Part shown: one piece after another, positions 38,505-50,507 of the stretch | Layout of the letters: each line of letters begins with the position of its first letter | How positions within the stretch are numbered: the stretch's first letter is position 1 | NCBI RefSeq assembly: GCF_001194135.2 | Contig: NC_068988.1 | Coordinates: 48,995,634 to 49,046,140 of the forward strand | Length of the DNA: 50,507 nucleotides | Source: Octopus bimaculoides | Lineage: Eukaryota | Reading direction: 5' to 3' | Notes under the pieces: generated by a model | The model's database searches: none | Told to the model about the DNA's origin: nothing | The model's input: the letters and a program-made list of their open reading frames with translations, nothing else | Made by a program: the position numbers and the translations under genes

Positions 38505-39690
38505 ATATATATATATATATAAATACATATATATACATATATATAGAGGTATATTCCACAACACAAATGACATTCCCAGACACACGCATTACATGTGCAA
38601 TTTCAAAGGCATATACACACGCTGATGGAGGCACACAGTTATTCAAACGCAAACATTCACACAGAACCATAAAAATATATACAATTGAACATGCATTCAT
38701 TCCTATACAAACACGTATATGTAGATGCATGAAAGTACAGTGCTAAAATTATAGCTAACACATAGATATACAATGACACACACTCACTATAGATTAGACT
38801 GTTAGATGCACACACACACACACATGGACGTGTTTTGCACACGCATACACACAGATTCATACAAAAACACTATAGATATCACACACTTTTCTATATCACA
38901 TACACATCCATTGGTACGCAGACTAGAACTCATACATCATAGGGACACACATGGATACAGACAGATGCATTCAAAATATCACACAAAGTCAGATGCATTC
39001 GTGCATATCACTCACACAAATATACAGATGTACACAATCACGTATGTATCATATGCATAGGGATTGCCATATATGCACATAATTACTGATGTCACATAGT
39101 CACATAGATATGCACAGAATCGCATAGGCAGATGCAGAACCGCACTGCTTGATATCGCATAAAGACGGATGCGCATAACATTCACTCATTAAAACAACAT
39201 ACGTGCGAATGTATGACCATATCAAACTCTTTTATAGATATCACAGATAAACGCATCCAACACAAGCACGCATACACACGCACACACAGAAACACACACA
39301 CACACACACACTCATATATATATATATATATGTATATACATTCACGTACCATCTCACATGCAAGTAGAACCTTACATATAGAGACGCATACACAGACATA
39401 TTCCATGCATCTACAAATGCACACGCACACACGTTACATACGCAGCTGCAGACACACACATAGACATTGATAGATATACACACATACAAATAGAAACACA
39501 CAAGCGTATATAACATACACAAAAATGTACGCACAGGCTCACACTGGTTTACAACATTACAGGCAGATTTTATACGCATAAATAGAAGCACATATTAACA
39601 TACAGACACACACATATATACACGTGCACATACACAGACACACTACATCACACACTCTCACAACCCCCATACACATATAAACTACACTAA
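38396..39690. repeat. (CATA)n/(TA)n array followed by ~1.1 kb of decayed CA-rich low-complexity sequence
   Basis: Strong A/C strand bias with scattered ACAC/ACAT motifs. ORFs here are H/T/Y/I or V/C/Y low complexity. Confidence 0.75.
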
Positions 39691-39889
39691 AACAACAATA
39701 TCAAGAATATTTCAAGCCTACAAGTCCAACTCATTTCAACCATTTTCTGTTAACTGTTATGTTCTCATTGAACCATGAAATTAAGTGGGGAAAGCAATCT
39801 ATCTTCTTAATTTATTCTTTTTACCATTTTATTAAGTGGGATTTGTGCTTTTTGTTAACTAATTCTTCGCTATTTATCACCATACATTT

Positions 39890-40080
39890 ATCATCATCAT
39901 CAACATCATTAGCATCATCAACATCATCATTATCGTCGTCGCCATCGTCGCCGTCGTCGTCGTCACCGTCGTCGTCATCGTCGCCGTCGTCATCGTCATC
40001 ATCGTCGTCATATTTGCCATCGTTATCGCCATCATTGTTGTCGTCGTCGTAATTGTCATTGGCGTTATTGTCTTCATCAA
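39890..40080. repeat. Degenerate (CAT)n/(CGT)n trinucleotide array
   Basis: Read directly. It is the source of the poly-S and poly-D ORFs. Confidence 0.9.
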
Positions 40081-40649
40081 TAAAATTTTGGACAGGCAGA
40101 AATAGTAGAATGGATGCCTGACTAAATGCTGAACGGTATTTAAGTTCCATTTCATTACGTATTTAGTTCAAATCTCATTGACAGCAGTGAATGTCAAGAA
40201 CAATAGAACACCAAACTAAATATATTTTATTACACAAATTTATGCTCTGAATGTTCTCCACTAGATTAAGAATTCTCATTATTTCTCAGAAGGCTTCCAT
40301 ATAACTAGCTGAATCTTCAGATGAAATCTGTTTTGTGATCGTTGTTGGTGAAACTGGTGGTACACTGGTTTAAAGAGTGAATGGCAAATTTTGGTAGTTG
40401 CTGTTTCATTTAATTTTCTTTGTGAAACCAACTTTATCGCACGAAATAAAAGCCTTTATAGTAATTTGTGGGGATCACTCTAAGTCATGAATATTGCGAA
40501 TAACAGAGTTTCTATTTTACACTTCTGCTAAACTGTTAACTTTGCACTGCGAGATGCACAGGAAATGTATGATGCATACTTCCTCTCATGGTCGTCCTAC
40601 TTTACAAGAAAGATGAAAGTTTTTGACTATGATGTTGTCTATGACCATA

Positions 40650-41520
40650 GATATAGCAGAATTTTTTCTGGATAGTTTACACAAGCAAGTGTATTTGATG
40701 CCGTTCTGAATCACAACACAAACACACAGATTCTTAAAAAGTTAATTAGAATATGACACCTGATATATCTTCCTTTCCACGTAAAAAGAAGAAAAGCTAT
40801 AATTTGGTCTTAATGTAATTACAAAATAACTAGACTTTAGTTTCACAGAATCTAAATTTGATAGTAAAATTTCAAATAGATTTGAAGGCAGCATATTAAA
40901 ATTTTCTGTAACAAAATCTTTGTTGTCTAGAGTAATAAGCAAATACATTAAACTGTTCCTGAGTAAATGCGAGATAATTTTGAAACTCAGAGAAAAGACA
41001 TTACCATAAAACTGAAACATCGCTATAAGAAGTATTTAAAGGAAACTCCCTCGCCGTAGTGCTTTTTAAACAACTATCTTTAATACAGAGAAAACCTCAA
41101 ATTGTTTGCTGCAGATAATAAACAATTACAAACGTTGGTGCTGGCAGAAAATAAATTTAGTAGAAGAATTTACAAAGGATTGGGATTATAAAAATGCACG
41201 AGGCGTCTAAAAGAGGGAATTAATTACGTGTATTACTGCCCTGTTAGATAACGGAATATATATGATAAATAGATGGAACACAGACTTATGAGAATTAGGA
41301 TGAACGAACTAGACTGTGTATAACTCATACACGAATGAAAATATTAGGAAGTAATAACATACGTCCATTTGATGAATAATTAAAATAATGTTAAAAGCGA
41401 AAAATAATCTAATCGACATCAATACACGTACCATCCTAAGGTATTTAGAGTTGTTATTTTCTTAGCAAGATTAAACGGAAGAAGATATAATGTGTGCATT
41501 TAGATCACAACACGGAAAGT
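40650..41520 (+). pseudogene. Heavily decayed R4/Dong-like reverse transcriptase remnant
   Basis: Ordered, frameshifted motifs: FWIVY...FDAVLNH (~AWIDYKKAFDSVPH), NIAIRSI/FKGNSLAVVLF (~RGIFQGDSLSPLLF), NNYL*YRENLKLFAADNKQLQTLV..KFS..GL*KC (~NHLLYMDDLKLYA...FGLDKC) and NNLIDINT (~NKI.AINT). Confidence 0.55.
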
Positions 41521-42094
41521 CTGCCACGGTGATTATATTTAATACGAATACGGGGATTTAGGGACTTTCTGAAATCAGAAAACTATTATAAAGTTTTCAC
41601 AATAGGACGACAAAAATATCTAATAGAGAATAATAGAAACCTAATGCGACTAGCTACATAACACGAATAAAGCAAAATTATTTGTGTCTCGAAGGAAGCC
41701 AATGTTTATAAATCAGTATATGAGATAAGAGAAAACTGTGAACAGAATGAAATGAAACAACAGAAAATGGGAAAATAATAAAATCAATAAGTAAAATAAA
41801 AGTTTACAGAAGCCTATGATGAAATGCTGGTGAGAATACGACGTAAATGGCAAATAACTGAACAGAGAGGAAACAAACTAAGAAGCAACTCAATTCTAGG
41901 TAAGTATGAAACTCAGTGCTGAGACGAAAGTACTTTTTAGTGCGGCACAGTTTCAAGCTTTTCTGCTAGAAATTGTTTAGAGCATTTAATGAATCAAAAT
42001 ACATATATATATAATGTAGTAGAATACATCTATGTATGTATGTATATGTATGTATGTATGTATGTATGCATGTATCTATCTATCTATCTATCTA

Positions 42095-42139
<45 letters not shown>

Positions 42140-42696
42140 NNNNNNNNNNNNNNNNNNNNNNNNNNNNNNNNNNNNNNNNNNNNNNNNNNNNNNNNNNNNN
42201 NNNNNNNNNNNNNNNNNNNNNNNNNNNNNNNNNNNNNNNNNNNNNNNNNNNNNNNNNNNNNNNNNNNNNNNNNNNNNNNNNNNNNNNNNNNNNNNNNNNN
42301 NNNNNNNNNNNNNNNNNNNNNNNNNNNNNNNNNNNNNNNNNNNNNNNNNNNNNNNNNNNNNNNNNNNNNNNNNNNNNNNNNNNNNNNNNNNNNNNNNNNN
42401 NNNNNNNNNNNNNNNNNNNNNNNNNNNNNNNNNNNNNNNNNNNNNNNNNNNNNNNNNNNNNNNNNNNNNNNNNNNNNNNNNNNNNNNNNNNNNNNNNNNN
42501 NNNNNNNNNNNNNNNNNNNNNNNNNNNNNNNNNNNNNNNNNNNNNNNNNNNNNNNNNNNNNNNNNNNNNNNNNNNNNNNNNNNNNNNNNNNNNNNNNNNN
42601 NNNNNNNNNNNNNNNNNNNNNNNNNNNNNNNNNNNNNNNNNNNNNNNNNNNNNNNNNNNNNNNNNNNNNNNNNNNNNNNNNNNNNNNNNNNNNNNN

Positions 42697-42770
<74 letters not shown>

Positions 42771-42866
42771 TCATAGTTGACCATGGCAGGAAAGGAAATA
42801 GAAATTATTAATTTTAACATAGCGCCATATTTATTATATTATTTCTGCGATTCCCTATTTCGACTG

Positions 42867-43060
42867 TAATAATCCTTTCTAATATAGGCACAAGGATTGA
42901 AATTTTGGGTACAGTGTGCTATACCCAATTTCATCAGCCCAAGGGCTCAAATGGTACTTATTTTATCAACCACCGAAAGGATGAAAAGCAAAGATGACCT
43001 CGGTGACATTTGAACACAGAGCGTTGCACGGACTGCTACCGATTCTATCTGCACGTGCCT
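42867..43060 (-). mobile_element. SINE family B, diverged copy
   Basis: The reverse complement contains TTTGCTTTTCATCCTTTCGGTGGTTGATAAAATAAGTACC and the CCTTGTGCCTATATTAGAAAGGATTATTA tail, homologous to 34776-34992. Confidence 0.75.
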
Positions 43061-43072
43061 TCTCTTCTCCTG

Positions 43073-43240
43073 TAATAAGAATTTTAAGTTAGAACCAAAA
43101 ACCACAGATTTGAGAGAGGAATTTGACTGGGTTTATGGATCACAGCATTTTACTTCTAGCTAAGGTACTGATTTCAAAATGATGAAAGGCGATGGCAACT
43201 GCACAGAAATTTTCTCCAGTGCTCTAACTGTTCTGCCAAC
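43073..43240 (-). mobile_element. Possible second, more decayed SINE family B copy in tandem
   Basis: The minus strand begins GTTGGCAGAACAGTTAGAGCACTGG (head-like) and contains GCCTTTCATCATTTTGAAATCAGTACC. Confidence 0.4.
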
Positions 43241-43559
43241 AAAGAAACGCAGTCGTTACTACTGGTGATGTTGCTAATGCTTTAATGTATCTTTATAGGT
43301 ATCTATCTTATTCGAGCAAAATTGTAATTACCGAAATAATTAAAATTCTCGTTAACGTTTTTAAGCAAGGAAAATAGCATTAATATTAGTTAATTATTCT
43401 CCATCGTCCTCTAGCTTTCGTAATAAATATCGCCATACAATAAAAATGAGTAAAAAAAATATGTATATTATATACATATATACATATTATGTACGTCAAT
43501 GTGTGTGATTAATCGAGAGATAGAGAGTGAATGTGCTTGTGTGCGTGTGTGTGTGTGTG

Positions 43560-43609
<50 letters not shown>

Positions 43610-44055
43610 TGTGTGCTTGACTTGATAGTATGAGGAAAATGCTATGTTCTATCATACATATATATACTCGCTAGTATTTTACGTGTAGCCGAAGACTAAT
43701 ATTTTTGCATGGGAGTTAATTTTCATCCTATATTTAACGAACTTATAGAAAACACTTGGAGTTAATATATTTGGCTCTAATTTTAATCTCACTTAATGAT
43801 GAAGAGATAATTTTTGTTTTTACTTGCTTTGATGAATTTGACTTGCGTCGTGAAAAGTTAATGCACTGAGTTCGTGGTTTACTACACTCATTATTGGCTT
43901 TCATGTTTGTGCTTCATTCTCGTTTTCTATTTCTTTCATATGTTCATAGAATCAAAACATTTTTAATTAGGCCATATTCTCTCCATTATCGAAGCCGATA
44001 TATGGGTCGCCCAGATTTTGATTAATGTCTTTCGAGTATATAATTTTAAATCTGT

Positions 44056-44439
44056 TGTTGGCACTCCGTCGCTTACGACGTCGAAGGTTCCAGTTGATCC
44101 GATCAACAGAACAGCCTGCTCGTGAAATTAACGTGTAAGTGGCTGAGCACTCCACAGACACGTGTACCATTAACGTAGTTCTCGGGGGAATATTCAGCGT
44201 GACACAGTGTGACAAGGCTGGTCCTTTGAATTACAGGCACAACAGAAACAGAAAGTAAGAGAGAGCGAAAGTTGTGGTGAAAGAGTACAGCAGGATTCAC
44301 AACCATCCACTGTCGGAGCCTCGTGGAGCGTTAGGTGTTTTCGCTCAATAAACACACACAATGCCCGGTCTGGGAATCGAAACCGCGATCCTATGACCGC
44401 GAGTCCGCTACCTTAACCACTAGGCCATTGCGCCTCCAC
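44056..44439 (-). mobile_element. tRNA-derived SINE family A, full length
   Basis: The reverse complement aligns with 16163-16542. Perfect 11-bp TSD TTTAAATCTGT at 44045-44055 and 44440-44450. Confidence 0.93.
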
Positions 44440-47400
44440 TTTAAATCTGTAAATGGCACTTAAAACATATATCATGGCTGTGCACTTTGAAGTTTGAGTA
44501 AACTTGTCCTACACATTACCTTTACCAAATAAACGGAGTGAAAACTGGCACTGTGGTTACACTGTGGTAACGCTTCTATTTAATGTTAAATATTGAGTGA
44601 GGGCTTACTATTTCTCTATGTGAGCCGATTTCCTAGTCATATTTAACAAGCAAACAGAAGAAAGTTGAGCATATTTTCTATTTATTTTAATTTTCAATCC
44701 TGTTCACTGCTGAAGAAGGGACCAGTTTGTTATTTGCGTGGAACATAGCCAACCTTACAATATAAAATGTGTGTGGAACAGAGTCCTATAACCACAGATA
44801 GCAATAAACATTCTTACATCAAACTCCTCAGTGTCCATACCAAACAATTTTTTATTGTTAAACTGATATAAAGAGCGTCAATATTGCATTCACTGAAGTT
44901 CGCAAAAGATTACAGTTGTGTGACGTAGTTGAGGAAGTTTTAAATAGTCTTACTTTACAAATACGATACAGACGGTTACTGAGATTAGAAAAAAGATACA
45001 TGATTATAAAGGTGGTAGATTTTTATGATAATTAAGTAGTTTTTAGAGCTGAAATCCAAAGTCTAGAAGACGGTCGAATAAACAAGTTGTCCTTCGTGGA
45101 CTAAATTTGCATATATCTGAGCATTCATTGTAAACGTATTAGTAGGTATGGATGTCTGTGTGAATTACAATGTATCGACATGTGTAAAAGAAGGTCTTTA
45201 TACATTTACGCGTTTAGATGGGAAAATATCTTTTTATCATTTTATATAGATGTGTAAAAGAATGTAAATATATAAGTTTGCATGTGTGTGTATATGTGTA
45301 TTTGCGTATATGTGTGTCTATGCGTAATTATGTACGTGTTTGGTAGCACCTGTGTTTGTATGTACGTAAGTATTTACATATGCATGATGTATGCATATAC
45401 TTATGTATGCATATATCTGAATAAAGAAATGTCTTAAACATTCTGTGTATCTTTCTGCATGCTATGGAGACATGTTTGATCAGAGTACGTGTATATATTG
45501 TCTGTATGCGTTAGTTAGTATATTTGTTTCATTAAGTAATTATATATACCTGTGTTTAGTTCACTGGAGAAGAAATAATTTAGTTAGTTGGAACGCCGGA
45601 TAAAAATAGTATAAGTTATTTGAAAACAAAAGGGAAACTCAACATGGTCAATCTTCTGCAAATATTATGAGCCAAGTTTATATAAACTCTCACACACAAT
45701 CCCTTTATATAAGGACAATGAATATTAAGGAATATAGCCCTACATAATTCTCATATAACGGGATAATATTAGCTGGAATATTTTTGCTCGTTTTAGTGAA
45801 GCAAATCAACGAGAATAGTTTTTTATCTACTCAGATTCTGTTGCGTTCTATCTTTTAATCCCCGCTGCTAACTTCGACTTTCGTCATTCTGAAGTTGACA
45901 AAAGTTGCACAAATGTTACTGTTGTTAAAATAAAACTATTCCGCATTACACAAATTGGAGGTTTGTGTCAATGCTAGTGATGATAATAATTGTTGTTGTT
46001 GTCGTTAGCTTCGACACTGTTTTTGTTAACCTTTAAATGAATTCAATAGGTATTGGTTTGTAGGCTGAGCTCGCTTGGTGTTGGCTTTACTGAGCAGGAT
46101 TTAAGTCCAAAAGTGTTAACCTCAGGTGGAATTACTACATAAGCAAGTGCCTATTTAATTATTTGCATAATGTTTTTTCCCGTATGAAAATATTTTCTTC
46201 ATTCGTAAATTGACAAAATGGAGTCTCCGAGCAGGAACGCCTCTAGAATATTAAATAGTAACAAACATGTTTGTGCAGACAGTAAACAAGAAAAAGTAAT
46301 ATCAACAAGAATGCTTTGCAGAACACATACAATTAGAATGAAAAAAAAATGAAAACAGTAATGAATTTTGTATCGATAATAATACTAAGAATAGTCTTAG
46401 TGACTCGTTAACAATAATAACAAATGCAAAACAATATCACACAAGAAGAAAGGCAAAAACAACGACAACGGAAACATCAATAACACTCACACACTGTTAA
46501 CGTTCTGCGGAACGAGAATTTTAAAATGGTAAGATTTCGGCAACAGATATTTGGAACAAATTAATTTTGAATATAAACAAATTCCTGCCTGGCAGAAAAT
46601 GGTTGCGGTTTCTCAAAAGACACGGTTATTTCTTGGTCCCTTGATTTTTTTTTCCAAGTGTGAAAAAGGATAAAGTTGGCATGCCTTTGCTCTGTTTAGT
46701 AAAGAGAAAGAACTTTCTATGTAACTACAAAGAGAGGTCTGGGTGATGTATGTATCGGTATGCTGTATAGCAAGCAGTCCAGAGTATGTACAAGATCGAA
46801 GTCCTCGTAGTGTGATATACAGTGGTGTGTGGGTATGTGCTGAAATGGTCCATCACAATATAAGGTTAAAACTAAGAGCTATTGTCAGTGATATTTACAC
46901 CTGGCTCATTTTAACACAATACAGTAAGGTAGTAAATACAAGTTATGGGATAGATGGAGTCAAGGAGAACTGAGAAATATTTAAGACTTCTAAACATAAC
47001 TGGGTCATGCTGGAGAAGTGATCCATTGTGGGCGTAGGAACAGAAGTAATTAGACTAACGGTTGAGAGTAAACTGCACACATACTGTACATAAGATACTA
47101 ACAGTCACTTGAAGGTTATCTGTTTCGATGCCGAAGAAAATGAAAACAACTAAGGTGATACAGAGAAAGGCAGAAAGAGAGAAAGGAAATTTCAAAGAGA
47201 ATCACCATCTAAGACATTCAAGTGCAATTTACAGTATATTTGGCTACCAAAGAACACTTATATATTCTCAAACGTTTATCAATGCAAATATGAAATATAA
47301 ACTGGCTTCTGTAAATACGAACAACAGTTATGCTAATCCTTGCAGCATATACGATATTGAGATCAAGACACACTATTACTATTCTATATCACATTGCACG

Positions 47401-47731
47401 AATTACATTTGGTTGGTTACTTTTGATTTGTAGATTCACCACCAACACCAAAGCGCTAAAGCCAAAACTTTGCAGCTTGCGCTTTAATTACTAGCGAAAT
47501 AATGTTTAAGTCATATAACTATAGACATATCTGCATGCATTTAAATGGTCAGTATGATTTTCAATGGTCTACTGCTCTCTTTAAGCGCTGTGAAGCTGAA
47601 GGTCGAACGAAGTATATTTACTGCTTACGAGAGTCTGCCAATGACTGTTCGCTACGATACTACTCCGTCGATCTATTAGCAAAAACATGGTATACTAGCT
47701 GCAGTATTTTACATGCTTGGTTGTGAGTGAC

Positions 47732-47765
<34 letters not shown>

Positions 47766-48343
47766 NNNNNNNNNNNNNNNNNNNNNNNNNNNNNNNNNNN
47801 NNNNNNNNNNNNNNNNNNNNNNNNNNNNNNNNNNNNNNNNNNNNNNNNNNNNNNNNNNNNNNNNNNNNNNNNNNNNNNNNNNNNNNNNNNNNNNNNNNNN
47901 NNNNNNNNNNNNNNNNNNNNNNNNNNNNNNNNNNNNNNNNNNNNNNNNNNNNNNNNNNNNNNNNNNNNNNNNNNNNNNNNNNNNNNNNNNNNNNNNNNNN
48001 NNNNATATGATTATAAAAAAGGGCATTAATGAGTAGCGCCACATGATAGAAATAGATGCCAAATGGCTCTAAGAACTACATTATTTACCCCTTTAGCACA
48101 GGCTAAAGCAAGGGGAGTGAACAAAAAGGATTTTTTTAATGGGTTCAACTATAGATCAATTTATTTATAACTTAGAGATGTAAATCCCTTAACTGTCATC
48201 AGTAGAGTATAAATCATTGTACATAATTATAACAATTTATACATAACCATACGAATAACACGTATCCACAAGCACATATGCAAATGTTCACATTTATATA
48301 CAAGTTAAATCTGATTCATTCACCTCAACCACGTGCGTATGCG

Positions 48344-48975
48344 ACCAAAGAACTGACAATCAAAAAAGCAGACAAAGGAAGTGGTGTAGTCCTGATTGAC
48401 ACAGAATACTACAAAAACCTAGTATTATCCATGCTAGAAGACGATACCTTCTACGAAACAATTATAAACTTTAAACCACAAAAACAATGAAATATCTTGC
48501 ATCCTTAATTCATCTACATGGAAACCACCTGACAGAAAAAGAAATAGATTATGTAGACCTAGTCTTTTTTACGACCTACCTAAAATACACAAGAGCAAGA
48601 TAGTTAAAGACGCCTGCAAATAATCACCAACCAAATATATAGATATCCTATCGTCAAAAGATTTAAAGTTAAGACCCAATATAGCTGGCCCGGCCTGTGA
48701 TAACCACCGCCTAAGACATTTTCTAGACATCCTGCTGAAACCCTTGCTGAAATACATCAAATGTTTCATTACAGACGATCTTGATGAGCTTAAGCACCTA
48801 CCAAAAACAACCAATGAAGAGACATTATTGGTTTCCTTCGATGTTATTAATGATTACACCAATATGCCACATGACTATGAAATAGAAGCAGTAAAATTCT
48901 GGCTTGAAAAGTACCCCAAACAACTTCCGGAACGCATCACCCAGGTTTTTATTATTGAAACCTTAAAATACATAC
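48344..48975 (+). pseudogene. Penelope-like element reverse transcriptase remnant
   Basis: Translations: ELTIKKADKGSGVVLIDTEYY (KADKG motif), FYDLPKIHKSK, LRPNIAGPACDNHRLRHFLDILLKPLL and LVSFDVINDYTNMPH (~SFDV.SLYT.IP). These are typical PLE RT motifs, with stops and frameshifts. No GIY-YIG domain was seen. Confidence 0.88.
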
Positions 48976-49234
48976 ACACATTTAGTACATTAAGAAGCAT
49001 ATATACATAAACACAGGCAAGTACACACACATTTGTATATAGGAAAATATAGATATACTGCAATTGAAATCACTGTCACCAACCTATCTTTGATGACCAT
49101 GATATTTATGTTTCGCTTTATCATTTGAATTCTTCACCTGTACGAACAGAAGTAAGCATAGGTACTGCACTCTGATTGCCAATATACGTTCTCTTTGCAT
49201 ACATACACACACACACACGCACTCACGCATGCAT

Positions 49235-49281
<47 letters not shown>

Positions 49282-50204
49282 CATACACACAAACACACAC
49301 NNNNNNNNNNNNNNNNNNNNNNNNNNNNNNNNNNNNNNNNNNNNNNNNNNNNNNNNNNNNNNNNNNNNNNNNNNNNNNNNNNNNNNNNNNNNNNNNNNNN
49401 NNNNNNNNNNNNNNNNNNNNNNNNNNNNNNNNNNNNNNNNNNNNNNNNNNNNNNNNNNNNNNNNNNNNNNNNNNNNNNNNNNNNNNNNNNNNNNNNNNNN
49501 NNNNNNNNNNNNNNNNNNNNNNNNTATATATATATACACAGTTTAAAGTTTTCTAGTGTCAGAATATATTAATGCAGTACTGTATTTACTCCGCATGACT
49601 TCTGACATTATCCACATGGTCGAGATAGGCTGGAGGATGAAACGTATACGCAGGAAATGTATGTGTACATTGGTATCTACGAGTGGATTTATCAGTGGGT
49701 ACATATAATTCTCGTTTATATATTAATGGTATATTCTACTGAAGATCGCAAAGCATTTATTATTATTTTTTTTTTTTTTTGCAGAGCGTGAAACCTCGAG
49801 GTATAGAATTATCAAATGTTTTTTTGTATTTTCTTGCACATTCCTTCGCGCTCCTACCTGTGTTTGAATATAAAGACAAATTTTAGCGTGGATTGTTGGC
49901 ATTTGACATCTACTTCTAGCATTGCCGATGGTCATTTCCAATAGCCCTTAACTATTATTATATTTTTACAATTATATACGTTATATATATATATCCGTAG
50001 AAAATTTTGCCCAAAAGCACGTATTCTAAAATCGAGGAATAACTAAGAAAGGAACAATACCAACAAGAGACCAACATCAGTTTGGTTTAACTTTGGCTCT
50101 AATTCACCATTATCAATGAGTGGCTGGAACGCAGAAACTCATCATCTATGAAGTAGTTGTGGGGCTAAACAAACAATATAATTATAAGAAATAAAACGGC
50201 AGTG

Positions 50205-50507
50205 TACACGATGACGATGATTACTTTGATGATGATGATGAGGAGGAGGAGGAGGAGGATCAATTTGATCATGGTGATCATAACAACGACGATGATGTTC
50301 ATGATGACGATGATAGAAATAATAACAATAAAAATAATAATTTAATGATGACAGTAAAGAGGAGGAAGAGAAGGAGAAGGAGGAAGAGAAGGAGAAGGAG
50401 GAGGAAGAGAAGGAGAAGGAGGAGGAAGAGAAGGAGAAGGAGGAGGAGAAGGAGAAGGAGGAGGAAGAGAAGGAGAAGGAGGAAGAGAAGGAGAAGGAGG
50501 AGGAGGA
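50205..50507. repeat. Compound GAT/GAG/AAT array followed by a pure-purine 18-21-nt minisatellite
   Basis: 50356-50507 contains only A/G, in units of (GAG)1-2 GAA GAG AAG GAG AAG, and runs off the window end. Confidence 0.95.

Larger units (their letters stand above)
1823..49524. other. 16 assembly gaps (~6 kb of N), mostly bordered by (TA)n/(CA)n/(TG)n
   Basis: Gaps at 1823-2046, 2424-2433, 2912-2921, 5350-6307, 7036-7979, 11438-12168, 16717-16864, 17378-18315, 24391-24452, 25078-25520, 30758-31180, 33746-33755, 36105-36344, 42140-42696, 47766-48004 and 49301-49524. Confidence 0.98.

Noticed and set aside
1675-49572. Long ORFs (100-445 aa) containing X runs and YIYI/CVCV/THTH tracts
   Set aside because: They are read-through of N-gaps and dinucleotide microsatellites, not coding sequence.
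49780-49806. Possible 16-nt microexon (poly-T GCAG|AGCGTGAAACCTCGAG|GTATAG)
   Set aside because: It is not frame-preserving and the donor is mediocre. It cannot be supported without RNA data.
50198-50507. Stop-free frame encoding D/E/N-rich then R/K-rich peptide
   Set aside because: It has no start or splice context and follows automatically from compound trinucleotide and purine repeats common in this DNA.
1-50507. CRISPR arrays, rRNA, prokaryotic operons or defence systems
   Set aside because: No repeat-spacer structure, rRNA motifs or gene-dense coding are present; the sequence is animal non-coding DNA.

Overview
This is AT-rich, microsatellite-saturated eukaryotic (animal) DNA from a gapped short-read draft assembly. 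It has 16 N-gaps totalling about 6 kb, most abutting (TA)n or (CA)n. Repeat style and SINE families suggest an octopus/cephalopod genome (inference). I find no recognisable host gene, rRNA, real tRNA or CRISPR array, and almost all entries in the ORF track are microsatellite or gap read-through. The window is a transposable-element graveyard. It holds three tRNA-headed SINE families, several copies with clear target-site duplications (TSDs), and five decayed pieces of R4/Dong-like restriction-like-endonuclease (RLE) non-LTR retrotransposons. It also holds a Penelope-like RT remnant, an internally deleted mariner, a Tc1/maT-like 3' fragment and a structurally canonical non-autonomous Helitron. 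The most interesting signals are a 165-bp palindrome whose arms together spell a Penelope-type minimal hammerhead ribozyme, and the repeated abutment of RLE-element ends on (CATA)n arrays, including a head-to-tail tandem, which suggests microsatellite targeting. Two assembly artefacts are visible: an Illumina adapter remnant and a 68-bp duplication across a gap. All family calls come from manual translation and alignment; no database search was run.
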